Assembly (NCBI GenBank): GCA_040767195.1
Contig: JAXGPA010000001.1
Coordinates: 512,001 to 576,000, forward strand
Direction: 5' to 3'
DNA length: 64,000 bases
Source: Syntrophales bacterium
Lineage (GTDB): Bacteria; Desulfobacterota; Syntrophia; Syntrophales; UBA6807
The notes under the pieces are model-generated. The model saw only the letters and a list, made by a program, of their open reading frames with translations, was not told the origin of the DNA and made no database searches. Position 1 is the first letter of the stretch. The number at the start of each line of letters is the position of its first letter. Shown piece after piece: positions 1 through 10,547 of this stretch. Made by a program: the position numbers and the translations under genes.

Positions 1-1339
1 CCACGTATCCCCTGATCCAGGCGATCCGGATCAGGTTTGGCAGACGGGCCACCCGGTCCAGGTCGAAGTCATGGCGGAAAACGAGAAGGACGTCCACGAG
101 GGAAGAAATCGAATCCCAGTGAGAGATGGGCCTCTCGGGGAAAAAAACGACACGGTACCCGAACCGGGACAGCGCCTTTCCCATGGCCGAGGCGACAAAA
201 TAATCCCCGTAGAGGCTCCGGGGGTGATTTTCCGTGACCGCCATGGCGATGGTAAGGGGACGGGCCGACCAGAAGGGGGGCCGGCCTTCCACCTTCTCCC
301 GCCACATGTCCCGGCCGATGGGGGAAACCCATTTCGGGGGAACGGCCGGCGCGAGAGGGTCGCCGGCAGCGGCGTCCTTTTCTTCGCCTGGCCTGAAAAG
401 GACCACGCTGGCCGGGCAGACCTGGATGCCCCGACCTCTTTCCCGGCAGGCCATGGCGAGATCCAGCCAGTCGTCGGGGGGAAAGGTCCCGCCGGACCGG
501 AGTGCCTCCTCCAGGATACCGGCGTTCCAGCAGGAACAGAGCGGCGAAAATGCCGGGATGGGAGCAGGCCCGTCTCCCCGGTGCAGGGGATCGGCGCAGG
601 GCACCCGGGGCTCCATTTCGATGCGACCGGGCCCGCCCCGGAAAACGAGGCCGTCGGAGGCCACAAACAGGCGATCCCCTCCTCCCTCGTCCTCTCCGCC
701 CGTTTTTTCGACCCTTAGAATTCTCGGCACCGCCGCCGCCGTTTCGGGACTTTTCTCCAGGAGGGTGACAAGGGCGGAAAGCCAGCCCGGCTGAACGCGG
801 ACCCGCTCATCGAGGAAAACGGCATAGGTAAAGGGTCTTTCCCGTTTTGTGAAAAAGTCGGCGGGCCGGGCGGCGGTTTCCCCCTTGTCGATGAGGGTCG
901 CCTGCGGAACTCCCGAGAGACGGCAGACCGTCTCCAGGGAGGCCTTCAGGCGGGGCGGGCAGAGGATGGCGATTTCCCAGTCGCCGTAAAAGGTGTTGGC
1001 CCTCAGGTTCAGGAGGAAGTCCTCGACCCCTCCACTCACGCTTTCCAGGGACACCCAGATCCGGACCTTTCCCGGCGGCTCCTTTCCGGCGTCCGGAATA
1101 TCCGTCCCGAGAAGCGGCAGGATCTCCATCCCCCGACCCCCCCTCGAAGGAACGGCGTCCCGAACCCGCCCGCGGCGACAGGGGACCTTCCCCCCCAGAT
1201 CCCGCCACGTCCTCTTCACGGCGATGGTCCGGGGGCTCTCGAGAAGCCTTTTCCGGAACCGGGCGAGGAAGGGCAGTTTCAGTAAACGCCTCGACCGTGC
1301 CTTTATGGCCAGAAACCCCTGACGGACAGAACGGTTCAT
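1..1339 (-). CDS. Glycosyltransferase, degenerate GT2-like N-terminal part plus CgeB-like part; runs off the left edge (partial)
   Basis: Not in the ORF track. Read by hand from ATG at 1339, the frame stays open to base 1: ...YAVFLDERVRVQPGWLSALVTLLEKSPETAAAVPRIL... then ...TIAMAVTENHPRSLYGDYFVASAMGKALSRFGYRVVFF..., which parallels WGDYHFACALKKYLERRGYAV in the adjacent gene. Confidence 0.7.
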   Translation of the reverse strand, partial: MNRSVRQGFLAIKARSRRLLKLPFLARFRKRLLESPRTIAVKRTWRDLGGKVPCRRGRVRDAVPSRGGRGMEILPLLGTDIPDAGKEPPGKVRIWVSLESVSGGVEDFLLNLRANTFYGDWEIAILCPPRLKASLETVCRLSGVPQATLIDKGETAARPADFFTKRERPFTYAVFLDERVRVQPGWLSALVTLLEKSPETAAAVPRILRVEKTGGEDEGGGDRLFVASDGLVFRGGPGRIEMEPRVPCADPLHRGDGPAPIPAFSPLCSCWNAGILEEALRSGGTFPPDDWLDLAMACRERGRGIQVCPASVVLFRPGEEKDAAAGDPLAPAVPPKWVSPIGRDMWREKVEGRPPFWSARPLTIAMAVTENHPRSLYGDYFVASAMGKALSRFGYRVVFFPERPISHWDSISSLVDVLLVFRHDFDLDRVARLPNLIRIAWIRGYV

Positions 1340-1346
1340 GATTTCC

Positions 1347-2513
1347 CTACCCGGGCTGTCGAAACGGTCGGGTCCTCCGGGACTTCTCCTCGAGGAGGCC
1401 CCGGATCACCTGGTGGATCACCTCCGCCCGGGTATCGAAGCCATGATCCCGTCTGATCATCTCCTTCAGCCTGGCGCCGGCGGATTTCCTTTTCGCCTCG
1501 TCGGAAAGAAGGGTCCGAACGAGGTCTCCCAGCTCGTCCGGCGTCCGGTAGGTGAGAACGGCGTCCCCGAAGAGGCGGGGGATGTCGGCCACGAAATCGG
1601 AAACGATGCAGGCCCCGCAGGCACCGGCGTCAAAGATCCTGTTGGAGATGAACCCGTTTTCCTTCATGGAAGGCCAGTGATCGTTGAGAAGGATCTTACA
1701 GGCGCTGTAATGATGACGCAAGACCTGATTTTCGATGAAGGGGCCCTTGATGTGTTTACCCGGAACAAGGGGTTCCCACATGAGGCCGTACAGGCTCAGG
1801 GGAACGCCGGCGGCGAGGGCGTCCCGAACGGCGGGCCGGAACTGCTTCCTCGAATTCCCCACGAAGAGAATCTCGTCGCCGGCGACTCCCGGCGCCTTTT
1901 CCTCGTAAAAAAGCTCCGGATCGGTGCCTTGAAGAAGGGGGGTCACCGGCACCGGCAGTCTTTTTTCCAGATCCCTGCCGTAACTGAGGGACGCGACGAA
2001 GACGTGATCGTAGAGACCGTATTCATCGAGGGGAACGTGGTCGGGATGGCTGATGTTCCACAGGAGGTTGACCTGGTCCGGGCGGGGGGCGTATCGGCTG
2101 AGCCCCCGAAGAACGATGACGACCTCATCCCGGAAGCCTTTTCTCCTGTGCCAGTCCGGCAGAAGGTCAATCCGGACGGCGTATCCCCGCCTTTCGAGAT
2201 ATTTCTTGAGGGCGCAGGCGAAATGATAATCCCCCCAGAACGGCGCTTCCCTTTTCCGGGGGACGGCGGCCTTGATGGACACCCGGACCGGGGTTTCCGG
2301 AAAGGCTCGCCTCTCCGTGAGGATTGAATCGTCCCGAATCCGTTCTTCCGCCACGTTTTTCTCTCCCGATTTTTTTCCGGGACGCCGTTCAGCAAGAAAG
2401 GATTTCAACCACCGGGGAAGCACCTTTTTCACGTTTTCCAGGGTCGCAAAATCAAGAATAAAAGGTTCAAAAAGACGATCGGGCGGCCTTCCGGGATTTT
2501 CATCCCCGACCAC
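1347..2513 (-). CDS. CgeB-like (Glyco_trans_1_2) glycosyltransferase
   Basis: ORF track 388 aa; motifs WGDYHFA, NLLWNISHP, ILFVGNSR, ILLNDHWPSMKENGFISNRIFDAGACG. Start codon uncertain. Confidence 0.85.
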   Translation of the reverse strand: MVGDENPGRPPDRLFEPFILDFATLENVKKVLPRWLKSFLAERRPGKKSGEKNVAEERIRDDSILTERRAFPETPVRVSIKAAVPRKREAPFWGDYHFACALKKYLERRGYAVRIDLLPDWHRRKGFRDEVVIVLRGLSRYAPRPDQVNLLWNISHPDHVPLDEYGLYDHVFVASLSYGRDLEKRLPVPVTPLLQGTDPELFYEEKAPGVAGDEILFVGNSRKQFRPAVRDALAAGVPLSLYGLMWEPLVPGKHIKGPFIENQVLRHHYSACKILLNDHWPSMKENGFISNRIFDAGACGACIVSDFVADIPRLFGDAVLTYRTPDELGDLVRTLLSDEAKRKSAGARLKEMIRRDHGFDTRAEVIHQVIRGLLEEKSRRTRPFRQPG

Positions 2514-2569
2514 CCGATCCGTTTTTCAAAAACGACGCCTGATCTCTTTGTTATCGGCAGTGATTTCTG

Positions 2570-5281
2570 TTAGAAATCCCACGCCTCATCGAATGGGTGT
2601 TTTTTAATAGGCAACGTCGTTGAGGCCTTACCGGAAGCACCCGTCCCGTCGACCACCTCGAGGGTGATGACATGCTCGCCCTCGGAAAGCTGTTCCGCCG
2701 TCACCTCCATGCCCTGGCCGAGGGGACCGTCCAGGCTGGAAGACCAGGAGAAAACAGCCGTATCGCCGACGGGGACACCCTCCTCGTCATAAGCGGACCC
2801 GGTGAACGTGAGCGTCGGGTACTTGGTGTAGTAAACAAAGCTTCCGTCGCTGTCCTCTTGCGGCGACTTATTGACGGAAATCCGGACAACCAGTTCCCGG
2901 GCCGGCTTATCGACCCCCAGGGCGTTCAGGCTGTCCAGGAGGGCGCCGTAGGCGTTTACCTGGAGGGCGATGACGGCTTCGCTGGACGCATAGCGGATGT
3001 AATTCGCCGAAGAGACATCCGTTCCGAAGTAGTCATCGTTGACAAAGGCCACCTCCTTCGCGCCGGGCGCCAGGGTCAGTCCCTTCACGGCCACCTCGAG
3101 GCCGTCGTTGCTGTAAAGGGTCAGGGTGATCTCCGCCGGGATCTCCTGTGCGTTGAGAATGGAAATACCCGTCACGGCCGTATCGTTCAGAAGCGGCAGA
3201 ATGCCCGATTTCCCCTCGAGACGGAGGGACCGGGACCCGGAAAGAAGGGTGGCGCCGGTATTGGCAAAAAGCTCGAGGCCGTCGGCCAGTTCCTGATCGG
3301 AAACCACGGCGAGCCAGGACACGCCGGAGGAGAATCCCAACGCGCCGGGATAGGTCGTGTATTTCGAGCGGGCCTCCACGGAAACCTCCTCGGCCCCCAG
3401 GAACAGACCGGCATCGTCATAGGCCGTGATGGTCACCTGGGCGGCATTTTCCGACGGATTGACGAGGACCATCGCCGTCCGCCAGGTTCCATTTTCCACC
3501 ACCTGGGGGAAGATCTGTTCCGCGCCGGTGCGGCCCGAAATCAGGTAGGCCTCCATGGTGTGGGTGTTCATGATCTTCGCCATGGCGACCACGCCGCCCC
3601 GGGAGGGGCTCTCGTCCTTGACGATGAGATAGGACGCCCCGGAAACGGCGCCTTCGGGAAAAATCGTCCCCACGTCGACAAAGGCCTGCTGACCCGGTCC
3701 CAGGAAAAGGGGCCGGGATTCCTCGACCATCCCGTCGGCCAGGACGAGCCGAAGCGTTTTTTCCTCCCCCGTCGTGTTCACGAGGTCGACTTCCGTCGAC
3801 CACATGCTGTTGGAAGCGACCTGGCAGGCATACAGGTCGCCCTGTTCGGCCAGGGCACCGCTTCCCACCGCCGGCACCATGGCGCTGTACTTTTCGAAAG
3901 CGAAGAACCGGTTGCAGCCGACGACGGAATCACCGGAGGCGCGGAAAAGGGCGAACCCCTTTCCTTTCAGGCCGGCGTACTTGGGCTGTATCCCGTCGAT
4001 GATGAACACCTTCCTCTGAAGGGGATAGATGGTCAGTTCTTTTGGCTCGGCAGCCGCCGAGCCGTCCTGGTTGTAGACCTCGAAGGTGCCCCTCAGGGTT
4101 GTAACGCGGCTTGCGTTCACCAGGAAGATCTCGGTGCGCCACCCCTGTTCGGCGGTGACATAGGGGAAATAGAGGACATGGGGCCCGTTGACCGGTTTGG
4201 GGTCCTCCCCGGGATCCACCGGACCGGGCGGCGTCGGGGATGTTTCTGTCTGAACCGTGAACGCCATCTTGCTGACAGGCCCCGAACCCGACGAATTTGT
4301 CGGCTGAATCGACCACTCGTATGTCCCGTCGGCCAGGGCGTCGGGGATCCGGTAAGCGCACTGCCCGTCAGCGGTCACCTCATCGGCCCGGAGGGTCCCG
4401 CTGAAAGCGACGGAGGAATTTCCGCTTACGGCGAGCCGGTAGGCGGTGGCGCTTTTTTCCTCGGTCCATTTGAAAAGGGGCCTGTCATCGGAGGTCGTTC
4501 CGGAGGGCGAAATGAGCGTGACGGCCTTGGGCGGCCCTCCGACGGGAAGGCTGTGGGTCGTGAATGTGACATAGAAATTTTCGTAGAATCCCTCCTGATC
4601 GAATCCCGGATAGACGATCCCGATTCTTCCGGTCTCGTTCTCGAGGCCGGCTACGGTGTTGCCCTTGCCGCGGGAGTAGACCTTGATATAATTGAACTGG
4701 ATGTCGTTGGAGCCCTCATGAAGGACCATCTGGAATGTGACGTTGTAATCGTCTCCAAGCCCGGTAGACGAATCGAAACGAACATTTTTGAACTGAACGA
4801 TGAACTGTCTTTTTCCTGAAACCACCCGGGTTTCGTAGTACACCCTGTGCTTGTCCCCTCACGTGCCGCACGCGAACAGGTCATCCCAGAAGCCGGCGAT
4901 GACGCTGTTGATCGCATCCAACCGGTCGGGAAGACCGTTTCCCTGGTACGTCTGGCCATTGATGACGGCACCGGGATCGAAGGACAGGAGTCCGTTTGTG
5001 GCCACACTTACAGAACTGTAATACTGACCGTAAAAGTTGAAACGAAAACCAATGGGAATGTCGGGAACAACGATGTCTCCCGAAGTTCCTATCTGCACCG
5101 GTATTCCAGTCGACGTCCGCTCGATGTCCGTCCAGGAAAAAGCCGGAGCTCCTTCTTCGTGACTGTCGTAATACCGGTACCCGTAACTGTCAGGTCCCCC
5201 CGTCAGCGCCCAGGACAGAGCCGGCACGGACAGGAAGAGAACGAAAGAGAAGGCCAGGAATTTCATGACGGTTCTCTTCAT
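2570..5281 (-). CDS. Secreted multidomain surface protein and putative selenoprotein (~903 aa): signal peptide, nidogen-like domain with C-G-T-U, Fn3-like domain, four repeats of the shared surface domain, PKD-like C-terminus
   Basis: ORFs 4859..5281 and 2570..4843 share a frame and are separated only by TGA at 4859-4861 (...GAC CTG TTC GCG TGC GGC ACG TGA GGG GAC AAG CAC AGG GTG TAC TAC...). The TGA lies inside the nidogen-like motif FWDDL...VYYET. AGGAGG RBS before ATG 5281; signal peptide MKRTVMKFLAFSFVLFLSVPALSWA. Confidence 0.75.
4818..4834 (-). promoter_or_regulatory. Candidate bacterial SECIS hairpin for UGA at 4859-4861
   Basis: mRNA GAAACC-CGGGU-GGUUUC, a perfect 6-bp stem with a G-rich loop starting 30 nt after the UGA. 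Confidence 0.5.
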
Positions 5282-5412
5282 TTTCTATGGGTCCTCCTTT
5301 TTTTTGAAATCCCCATGAAGATGTCACGGGTTTATTACCATGAGGCGGCCTTTTTAACAACCGGTTTTCGTCTCTTTTCGAAGAGAAGGCAACCGCAACT
5401 GACGTCAGATCG

Positions 5413-5428
5413 TGCAAGTAACATACCA
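5413..5428 (-). promoter_or_regulatory. sigma54 -24/-12 promoter
   Basis: Minus strand TGGTATGTTACTTGCA = GG-N10-GC with TTGCA, about 130 nt upstream of ATG 5281. Confidence 0.65.
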
Positions 5429-5474
5429 TGCCGCGGAACTTAAGGCGCACCCGGGCTAAAAATTCTTTATGCCA

Positions 5475-7337
5475 CTATTTTGGATCGGACCGCCCCTTTG
5501 CCGATTCCAGGGGAAAACCGGTCAATTTTTCCTCTTCACCGCTTCTTTTGAACCGTTCCCCCGCCGTCAAAAGATACAGCCCCCGGTCCGGCCCGTTGAT
5601 CCGGCAGACCCATTCGGTCACCCGGCCCTCCCTGACAGCCTCGTCCACATCTTCCTTGATGCCGCCGGGGATCCCGTCCCGGGGAATTTCCCTTTCCTTT
5701 TTCCTGAAAAGGAGCATGGCCGCCGTGGCCTCCCACTCTTCGGGCCAGACGACGGCCCTTTGCCGGTAGACGTGCTCCAGGGCATACCGGGCCTGGAAGC
5801 CGGGGGAGCGGATGATCTTCGGGATGAGCGTTTCCGGGACGGCATAGTGGGGCGTTTCATTGTAGTAGAGAATGAGGAAGTCGATATCCCTTTTTTTCAT
5901 GTACGCCAGGTCGAATCCCCCGCCATGAGTGACCTCGTTGTCCATGAGGCCCCGGATATCGACGACGGTCCGTTTCTCCAGATAATAGGGGACCTGGCCG
6001 CACTGGACCGTGGCGACGACGGCCCCGCCGGGAAGCCGGCGGTTCAGGGCCCGCCCCACCACGCCCATGGGGTGAATGTCCAGGTTTTCGTCGGTCAGCC
6101 AGTCCGCCGCCTTTTCCCGGAAATCCGAGGGGTCCTTCAGGTAATGGAGAAGGTTCGTGACCATGAGGGACCGGGTCGGTGTCTCGGGCTTGAAAAAGGG
6201 CGTCACCGGGGAGCGCGCCAGGGCGAGCTGGGCCAGGACGACGGCACCAAGAAGGACGGCGGCCAGGGGGGCGGCGGCCTTCGGGGAAAGGAATTTCTTT
6301 GTCAGGTCGGCCACGGAGAGGAAGCCGGTGCCGACCAGGAGAAAGAAGAGAGGGATGACGGGAATGATGAAGCGGTAAAAATAGACCCTGAAGTCGCCGC
6401 CCACGAAGACCACGAAGGACAGGTACGCCGCCGTGAAGAAAAGAAGGAGCCCGCTTTCCCGGCACCGCTTCGGGTCGGCGAGAGCGGCCAGGACGAAGGG
6501 AACGAGCCACAGGGCTTGGATATCCCGGAAGTAGGATATGACATAGTCGAACCCTCTCAGGACGGCCTTTTCCGAAAACGGGGCCACCTTGACATAATAG
6601 GGGTTCGGCAGGGGATATCCGTAGTACAGGAACTGGGTCACCGTGTACAGGCCGAAGGGGACGGCGAAAAGGACGACGGCCGCCGCCGCCCGCCTGAGAA
6701 TGGCCGTCTCCCTGCTCTTGAGAAAGAGGACGAGGTCGATGACGAGGGAGGCGAGGAGAAAAACCGGCCCCTCGGGCCGGGTGACGGCGCACAGAAAGAA
6801 GAAAATCGCGTAGGCCGGGAAGGCCCGGTTCTCCTCCAGGGTCCGGATGTAGGAAAGGACTCCGGCAAGGGCCAGGAGGGTGAAGAGGAGTGTTTCCATC
6901 CCGTTCTGGGCGGCCAGGACGAAGTGGGCGCTCGTGGCCAGAAGAAGGGGCGCCGCCAGGGACAGCCCCCCCCATGACCGGTTTCTCTCCAGAAGCCACG
7001 ACCAGGAGATCCACAGGACGGCCAGCGCGGAGACGACGCCCAGGTATCGGGACCAGGAGACAACGGAACCGCCGAGACAGGAAACGGCGGCCAGGATGAC
7101 CGTCCAGAGAAAATTGGAGTAGCCCCACACCGGTTCACCGGGGTTGAAGACGAGACCCTGGCCGGCGGCCAGGTTTTCCGCATAGCGGAAGGAGATGAAA
7201 GCGTCCTCCAGGACGGCGAAAAACACCGAAACGGCCAGGACAAGGAAAATCGACGCGGGAACCAGGTACAGGAGAAACTTGAAAAAGAACGGGTATTTTT
7301 TCCTGTTCACGGGAATCGTCTCACCAAGGGGGTCCAT
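5475..7337 (-). CDS. GT-C multi-pass membrane glycosyltransferase (AftB-like / putative pentosyltransferase)
   Basis: [51 protein letters not shown] and GGDF motifs; many hydrophobic segments. Confidence 0.75.
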   Translation of the reverse strand: MDPLGETIPVNRKKYPFFFKFLLYLVPASIFLVLAVSVFFAVLEDAFISFRYAENLAAGQGLVFNPGEPVWGYSNFLWTVILAAVSCLGGSVVSWSRYLGVVSALAVLWISWSWLLERNRSWGGLSLAAPLLLATSAHFVLAAQNGMETLLFTLLALAGVLSYIRTLEENRAFPAYAIFFFLCAVTRPEGPVFLLASLVIDLVLFLKSRETAILRRAAAAVVLFAVPFGLYTVTQFLYYGYPLPNPYYVKVAPFSEKAVLRGFDYVISYFRDIQALWLVPFVLAALADPKRCRESGLLLFFTAAYLSFVVFVGGDFRVYFYRFIIPVIPLFFLLVGTGFLSVADLTKKFLSPKAAAPLAAVLLGAVVLAQLALARSPVTPFFKPETPTRSLMVTNLLHYLKDPSDFREKAADWLTDENLDIHPMGVVGRALNRRLPGGAVVATVQCGQVPYYLEKRTVVDIRGLMDNEVTHGGGFDLAYMKKRDIDFLILYYNETPHYAVPETLIPKIIRSPGFQARYALEHVYRQRAVVWPEEWEATAAMLLFRKKEREIPRDGIPGGIKEDVDEAVREGRVTEWVCRINGPDRGLYLLTAGERFKRSGEEEKLTGFPLESAKGRSDPK

Positions 7338-8618
7338 TCACGGGCCGCCTTTCTTCTGCACGTCGATGGCGATGGGAAGATGAACCTTGCAGTTCACCGT
7401 TCGCCGGCTGGCCGGGGGAAGCACCTCGAAGACGCAGGCGTGGTCCCACCAGTCGAGAAAGGCGGGCTGGTCGGGATCGTGGCCGACGGCCGCCGTCACG
7501 CTGTAGTTCCCCTTCAGGAGAGGAAGCCGGAGACGGAAGGTCACCAGGAGCTCTTCCCCCTGCCGGAGAGACGGCAGACTCCGGCCCTCCACCGCCGTGT
7601 TCGTTCCCAGAAGGTCGTTGCCGAACCGGTCCCGGATGATGAAGCCGACGACGGCGGGGCTGCAGTCCACCCGGGCCAGGATACGCACCCCCACGGACAC
7701 GGGCTGATCGAATTCGACAACCTCGAGGACGCCGCCCCCGTCGTCCCGGAGGCGAACCTCCTCGATTCTCGCCTCTCCCGTCCCGATCCGTTTTTCCTTC
7801 CCCCGGACCGCCGCCTTGGTTTCCCCGGCTTCTTTTTTCATCACGGGGGGTTTTTTCGGCGCCTCCTTTTTCTCCTGCTCCCGATGGGCGATGAGCCCGT
7901 GATAGTAGTTCGCCACGTCCTCGGCCTTGCCCTGGAGAACCAGCCTTCCCCTGTCCAGGAACAGGGCTTCCTGGCACAGGCTCTTCACGGCGCCGATGCT
8001 GTGGCTGACAAAGAGGAGGGAGACCTCGCGCTTCTGGAGGGACCGGATCCGGTGGATGCATTTGTGCTGGAAGGCGATGTCCCCCACGGCCAGGGCCTCG
8101 TCGATGACGAGGATGTCCGGTTCCATGTGGATGGTGCAGGCGAAGGCGAGCCGGGCGTACATGCCGCTGGAATAGAGCTTGACGGGCCGGTCGAAGAAAT
8201 CGCCGATGTCGGCGAAGGCTTCGACCTCTTCCATTTTTTCCCGGGTTTCCCTTACGGAAAACCCCATGAGACCGCCGTAGAGCATCACGTTTTCCCGGCC
8301 CGTGAACTCCCTGTTGAACCCCGTGCCCAGCTCGAGGATGGAGGCGACGCGGCCCGCGGTTTTCACCGATCCCGACGTGGGCGCCAGGTAGCCGCAGATC
8401 ATCTTGAGAAGGGTGCTCTTGCCGCTTCCGTTGAAACCCATGATCCCCAGGGTGACGCCTTTCCGAAGCCGGAAGGAAACGTTCCGGAGGGCCCAGAAAT
8501 CCTTGTGAAAGCTCTTTCCGGAAAAGGAAAGGGCCTCCCTGATCCTGTCGTTGGGAGAGGCGTAGATCTTGAACTTCTTCGACAGGTTTTCGCAGATGAC
8601 GGAATATTCTGGTTCCAT
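7338..8618 (-). CDS. wzt: Polysaccharide ABC transporter ATP-binding subunit with Wzt C-terminal domain
   Basis: Walker A GFNGSGKST, YSSGMYARLAF, DEALAVGD, C-terminal GTGEARIEEV domain. Start set at MEPEYSV. Confidence 0.92.
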   Translation of the reverse strand: MEPEYSVICENLSKKFKIYASPNDRIREALSFSGKSFHKDFWALRNVSFRLRKGVTLGIMGFNGSGKSTLLKMICGYLAPTSGSVKTAGRVASILELGTGFNREFTGRENVMLYGGLMGFSVRETREKMEEVEAFADIGDFFDRPVKLYSSGMYARLAFACTIHMEPDILVIDEALAVGDIAFQHKCIHRIRSLQKREVSLLFVSHSIGAVKSLCQEALFLDRGRLVLQGKAEDVANYYHGLIAHREQEKKEAPKKPPVMKKEAGETKAAVRGKEKRIGTGEARIEEVRLRDDGGGVLEVVEFDQPVSVGVRILARVDCSPAVVGFIIRDRFGNDLLGTNTAVEGRSLPSLRQGEELLVTFRLRLPLLKGNYSVTAAVGHDPDQPAFLDWWDHACVFEVLPPASRRTVNCKVHLPIAIDVQKKGGP

Positions 8619-8637
8619 TAAATCCTTCACTGGGCGA

Positions 8638-9459
8638 TCACAGGTATTCGGCAAAGTGGCCCTTGAGCCGTCGGAAAATCCAGCCGCCGATGAACAGGGC
8701 TGTCAGGGCGAAGAACAGGTAATAGAGAAAATCCACGGGAAGGATGCCCTCGTTCGTCAGGAGGGCCCTGCGGTACCCCTCGGTGATGAAGATGAAGGGA
8801 TTCAGCCTGAGAAGGTATTGATAGGATTCTGGAATGATGGAAGCGGGATAGATGATGGGGCACAGGTAAAACCACAGCTGAAGGACGAGGTTCACCACCT
8901 GTCCCACGTCCCGGATGAACACGTTGACGGAGCTGATGATCCAGCTGAGACCCAGGGCCAGGGAACTGAGGCACAGGAGATAAAAAGGTAGGGTGATGAC
9001 GGCCCAGCCGAGGGACGGCTGAAAGACCAGGAGCAGGGCGACCAGGACCCCGAGCCCGACGAGGTGGTTCGTCAGGGCGGCGCCGATGATGACGACGGGA
9101 AGAAGTTCCGACGGAAAAGGCGTTTTCGTGATGAGGTTCTTGTATTTCTCGATGATTCCCACGGAGCTTCTCAGGATCTCCATGAAGGTGAGCCACGGCA
9201 GGAGGGCGCAGAAAAGCCACAGGGCAAAAGGCGTCTCCCCGATCGTCCGCCCGAAAACGAGCGAAAAAACGAGGCTGTATATGGCCACAAGAAGGAGCGG
9301 ATTCAGGATGGACCACAGGATCCCCCCCACGGAACCCACGTAGCGGGCCTTGAAATCCCGCTGAACCATCATCCAGATCACCTGGTGATGCTTCGCCGCC
9401 CGGGAGAGAAACTTCCTGAAGGACGCCACCAATCCCAGCATGCCTTTAAATCCTTTCAC
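8638..9459 (-). CDS. wzm: Polysaccharide ABC transporter permease
   Basis: RDFKARYVGSVGGILWSILNP, RDVGQVV, PIIYP motifs; adjacent to wzt. Confidence 0.92.
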   Translation of the reverse strand: MKGFKGMLGLVASFRKFLSRAAKHHQVIWMMVQRDFKARYVGSVGGILWSILNPLLLVAIYSLVFSLVFGRTIGETPFALWLFCALLPWLTFMEILRSSVGIIEKYKNLITKTPFPSELLPVVIIGAALTNHLVGLGVLVALLLVFQPSLGWAVITLPFYLLCLSSLALGLSWIISSVNVFIRDVGQVVNLVLQLWFYLCPIIYPASIIPESYQYLLRLNPFIFITEGYRRALLTNEGILPVDFLYYLFFALTALFIGGWIFRRLKGHFAEYL

Positions 9460-9506
9460 CCGCGTCTTGAGGCCTTGTCTCTATTTGCCGACGGCGGCCG
9501 GGATAG

Positions 9507-10547
9507 TCAAGAGGAAAATCCCCTTCCGCCATGAAGCCACCCTTTGTTTTCCAGCACGGTCACGAGCCCCCCGGTGAACCGGCGGGCGTCCCGGAAATCC
9601 AGGTGGGAACCCTCGGGGCATTCGTAGGCGTTCAGGAGGGGTTCATCCATGAAATGGATGGTGTCCGCCCCCGTCAGGGCGGCGATGCGGTCCCAGTAAA
9701 CATTCCGGGGATAGAAGGTCTCGTCGATCGTCCAGTGTTCGCCGCTCGTGGGAAGGCGCAGGAAAATGACCCGGCCTCCCCGAAGGACGATTTTCCGCAC
9801 CCAGGGGGCCGTTTCCGCCGCGTCTCTCTCCCAGGCCGACGGCGGCGGCGGCGGATTCTCGGCGTAAATTTCCCGAATCCGCCCGGTCCGGTAATTCCGG
9901 AGCCTGGGGAGGTTGAGCCGCATGTAATCGGCCTCCCGGGACCGGTCCCGGAAAGTGAGGAGATACCGGTGATCGGGCAGTTTTCCCAGGACATCCAGGT
10001 TGTTGATCAGCCGGCGGATGTGGAGATAGGGATCGACGACGACGAACCGCTCCTGTACGGCCGTCTTGATCTTCCGGTTGATCCGGTTGTTCAGGGTGGA
10101 ACGCCTGTGAAAATAATCGACGAACTCCTGCTGGTCGTTCCAGTACTTCTTTTCGAAGCCCATGGCGGTGATGGCGCACAGGACGACGCCCCGGAACCGG
10201 TCGTCGTCGGCGAGGTCCCGGAGCACCGCCAGGGGGTGGCGGCCGTCAACGGCGAGCTGGATGACCTCGTAATCGGGAAGACGGTCTTTCAGGACCTTCA
10301 GGGAAACCCCGAGCTGAACCCGCGAGGCCCCGAGAATGACGAGTTTTTCCCGGCCCGGGGCGTCGACCCGGAGACGGTGGCAGGACCACAGCTCGGGATC
10401 GTCGGTCACCGAGGGGACATGGCGGTCCAGGCGCCAGAGGATCTCCATGCCCCCGAGGAGGAAGACCCCGAGAAGGAGACCCGCCAGGAGGGATCTCATA
10501 AAAAAGGCGCCCGGCGCCCGGTCAGAACTGGAAATAGATGAACGCAC
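9507..10547 (-). CDS. SGNH-like (AlgJ/DltD-type) partner of the MBOAT acyltransferase
   Basis: N-terminal TM, VILGASR (GxS), C-terminal EGSHL (D/ExxH). Probable GTG start at 10547 overlapping the MBOAT FIYFQF end. Confidence 0.65.
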   Translation of the reverse strand: MRSSISSSDRAPGAFFMRSLLAGLLLGVFLLGGMEILWRLDRHVPSVTDDPELWSCHRLRVDAPGREKLVILGASRVQLGVSLKVLKDRLPDYEVIQLAVDGRHPLAVLRDLADDDRFRGVVLCAITAMGFEKKYWNDQQEFVDYFHRRSTLNNRINRKIKTAVQERFVVVDPYLHIRRLINNLDVLGKLPDHRYLLTFRDRSREADYMRLNLPRLRNYRTGRIREIYAENPPPPPSAWERDAAETAPWVRKIVLRGGRVIFLRLPTSGEHWTIDETFYPRNVYWDRIAALTGADTIHFMDEPLLNAYECPEGSHLDFRDARRFTGGLVTVLENKGWLHGGRGFSS

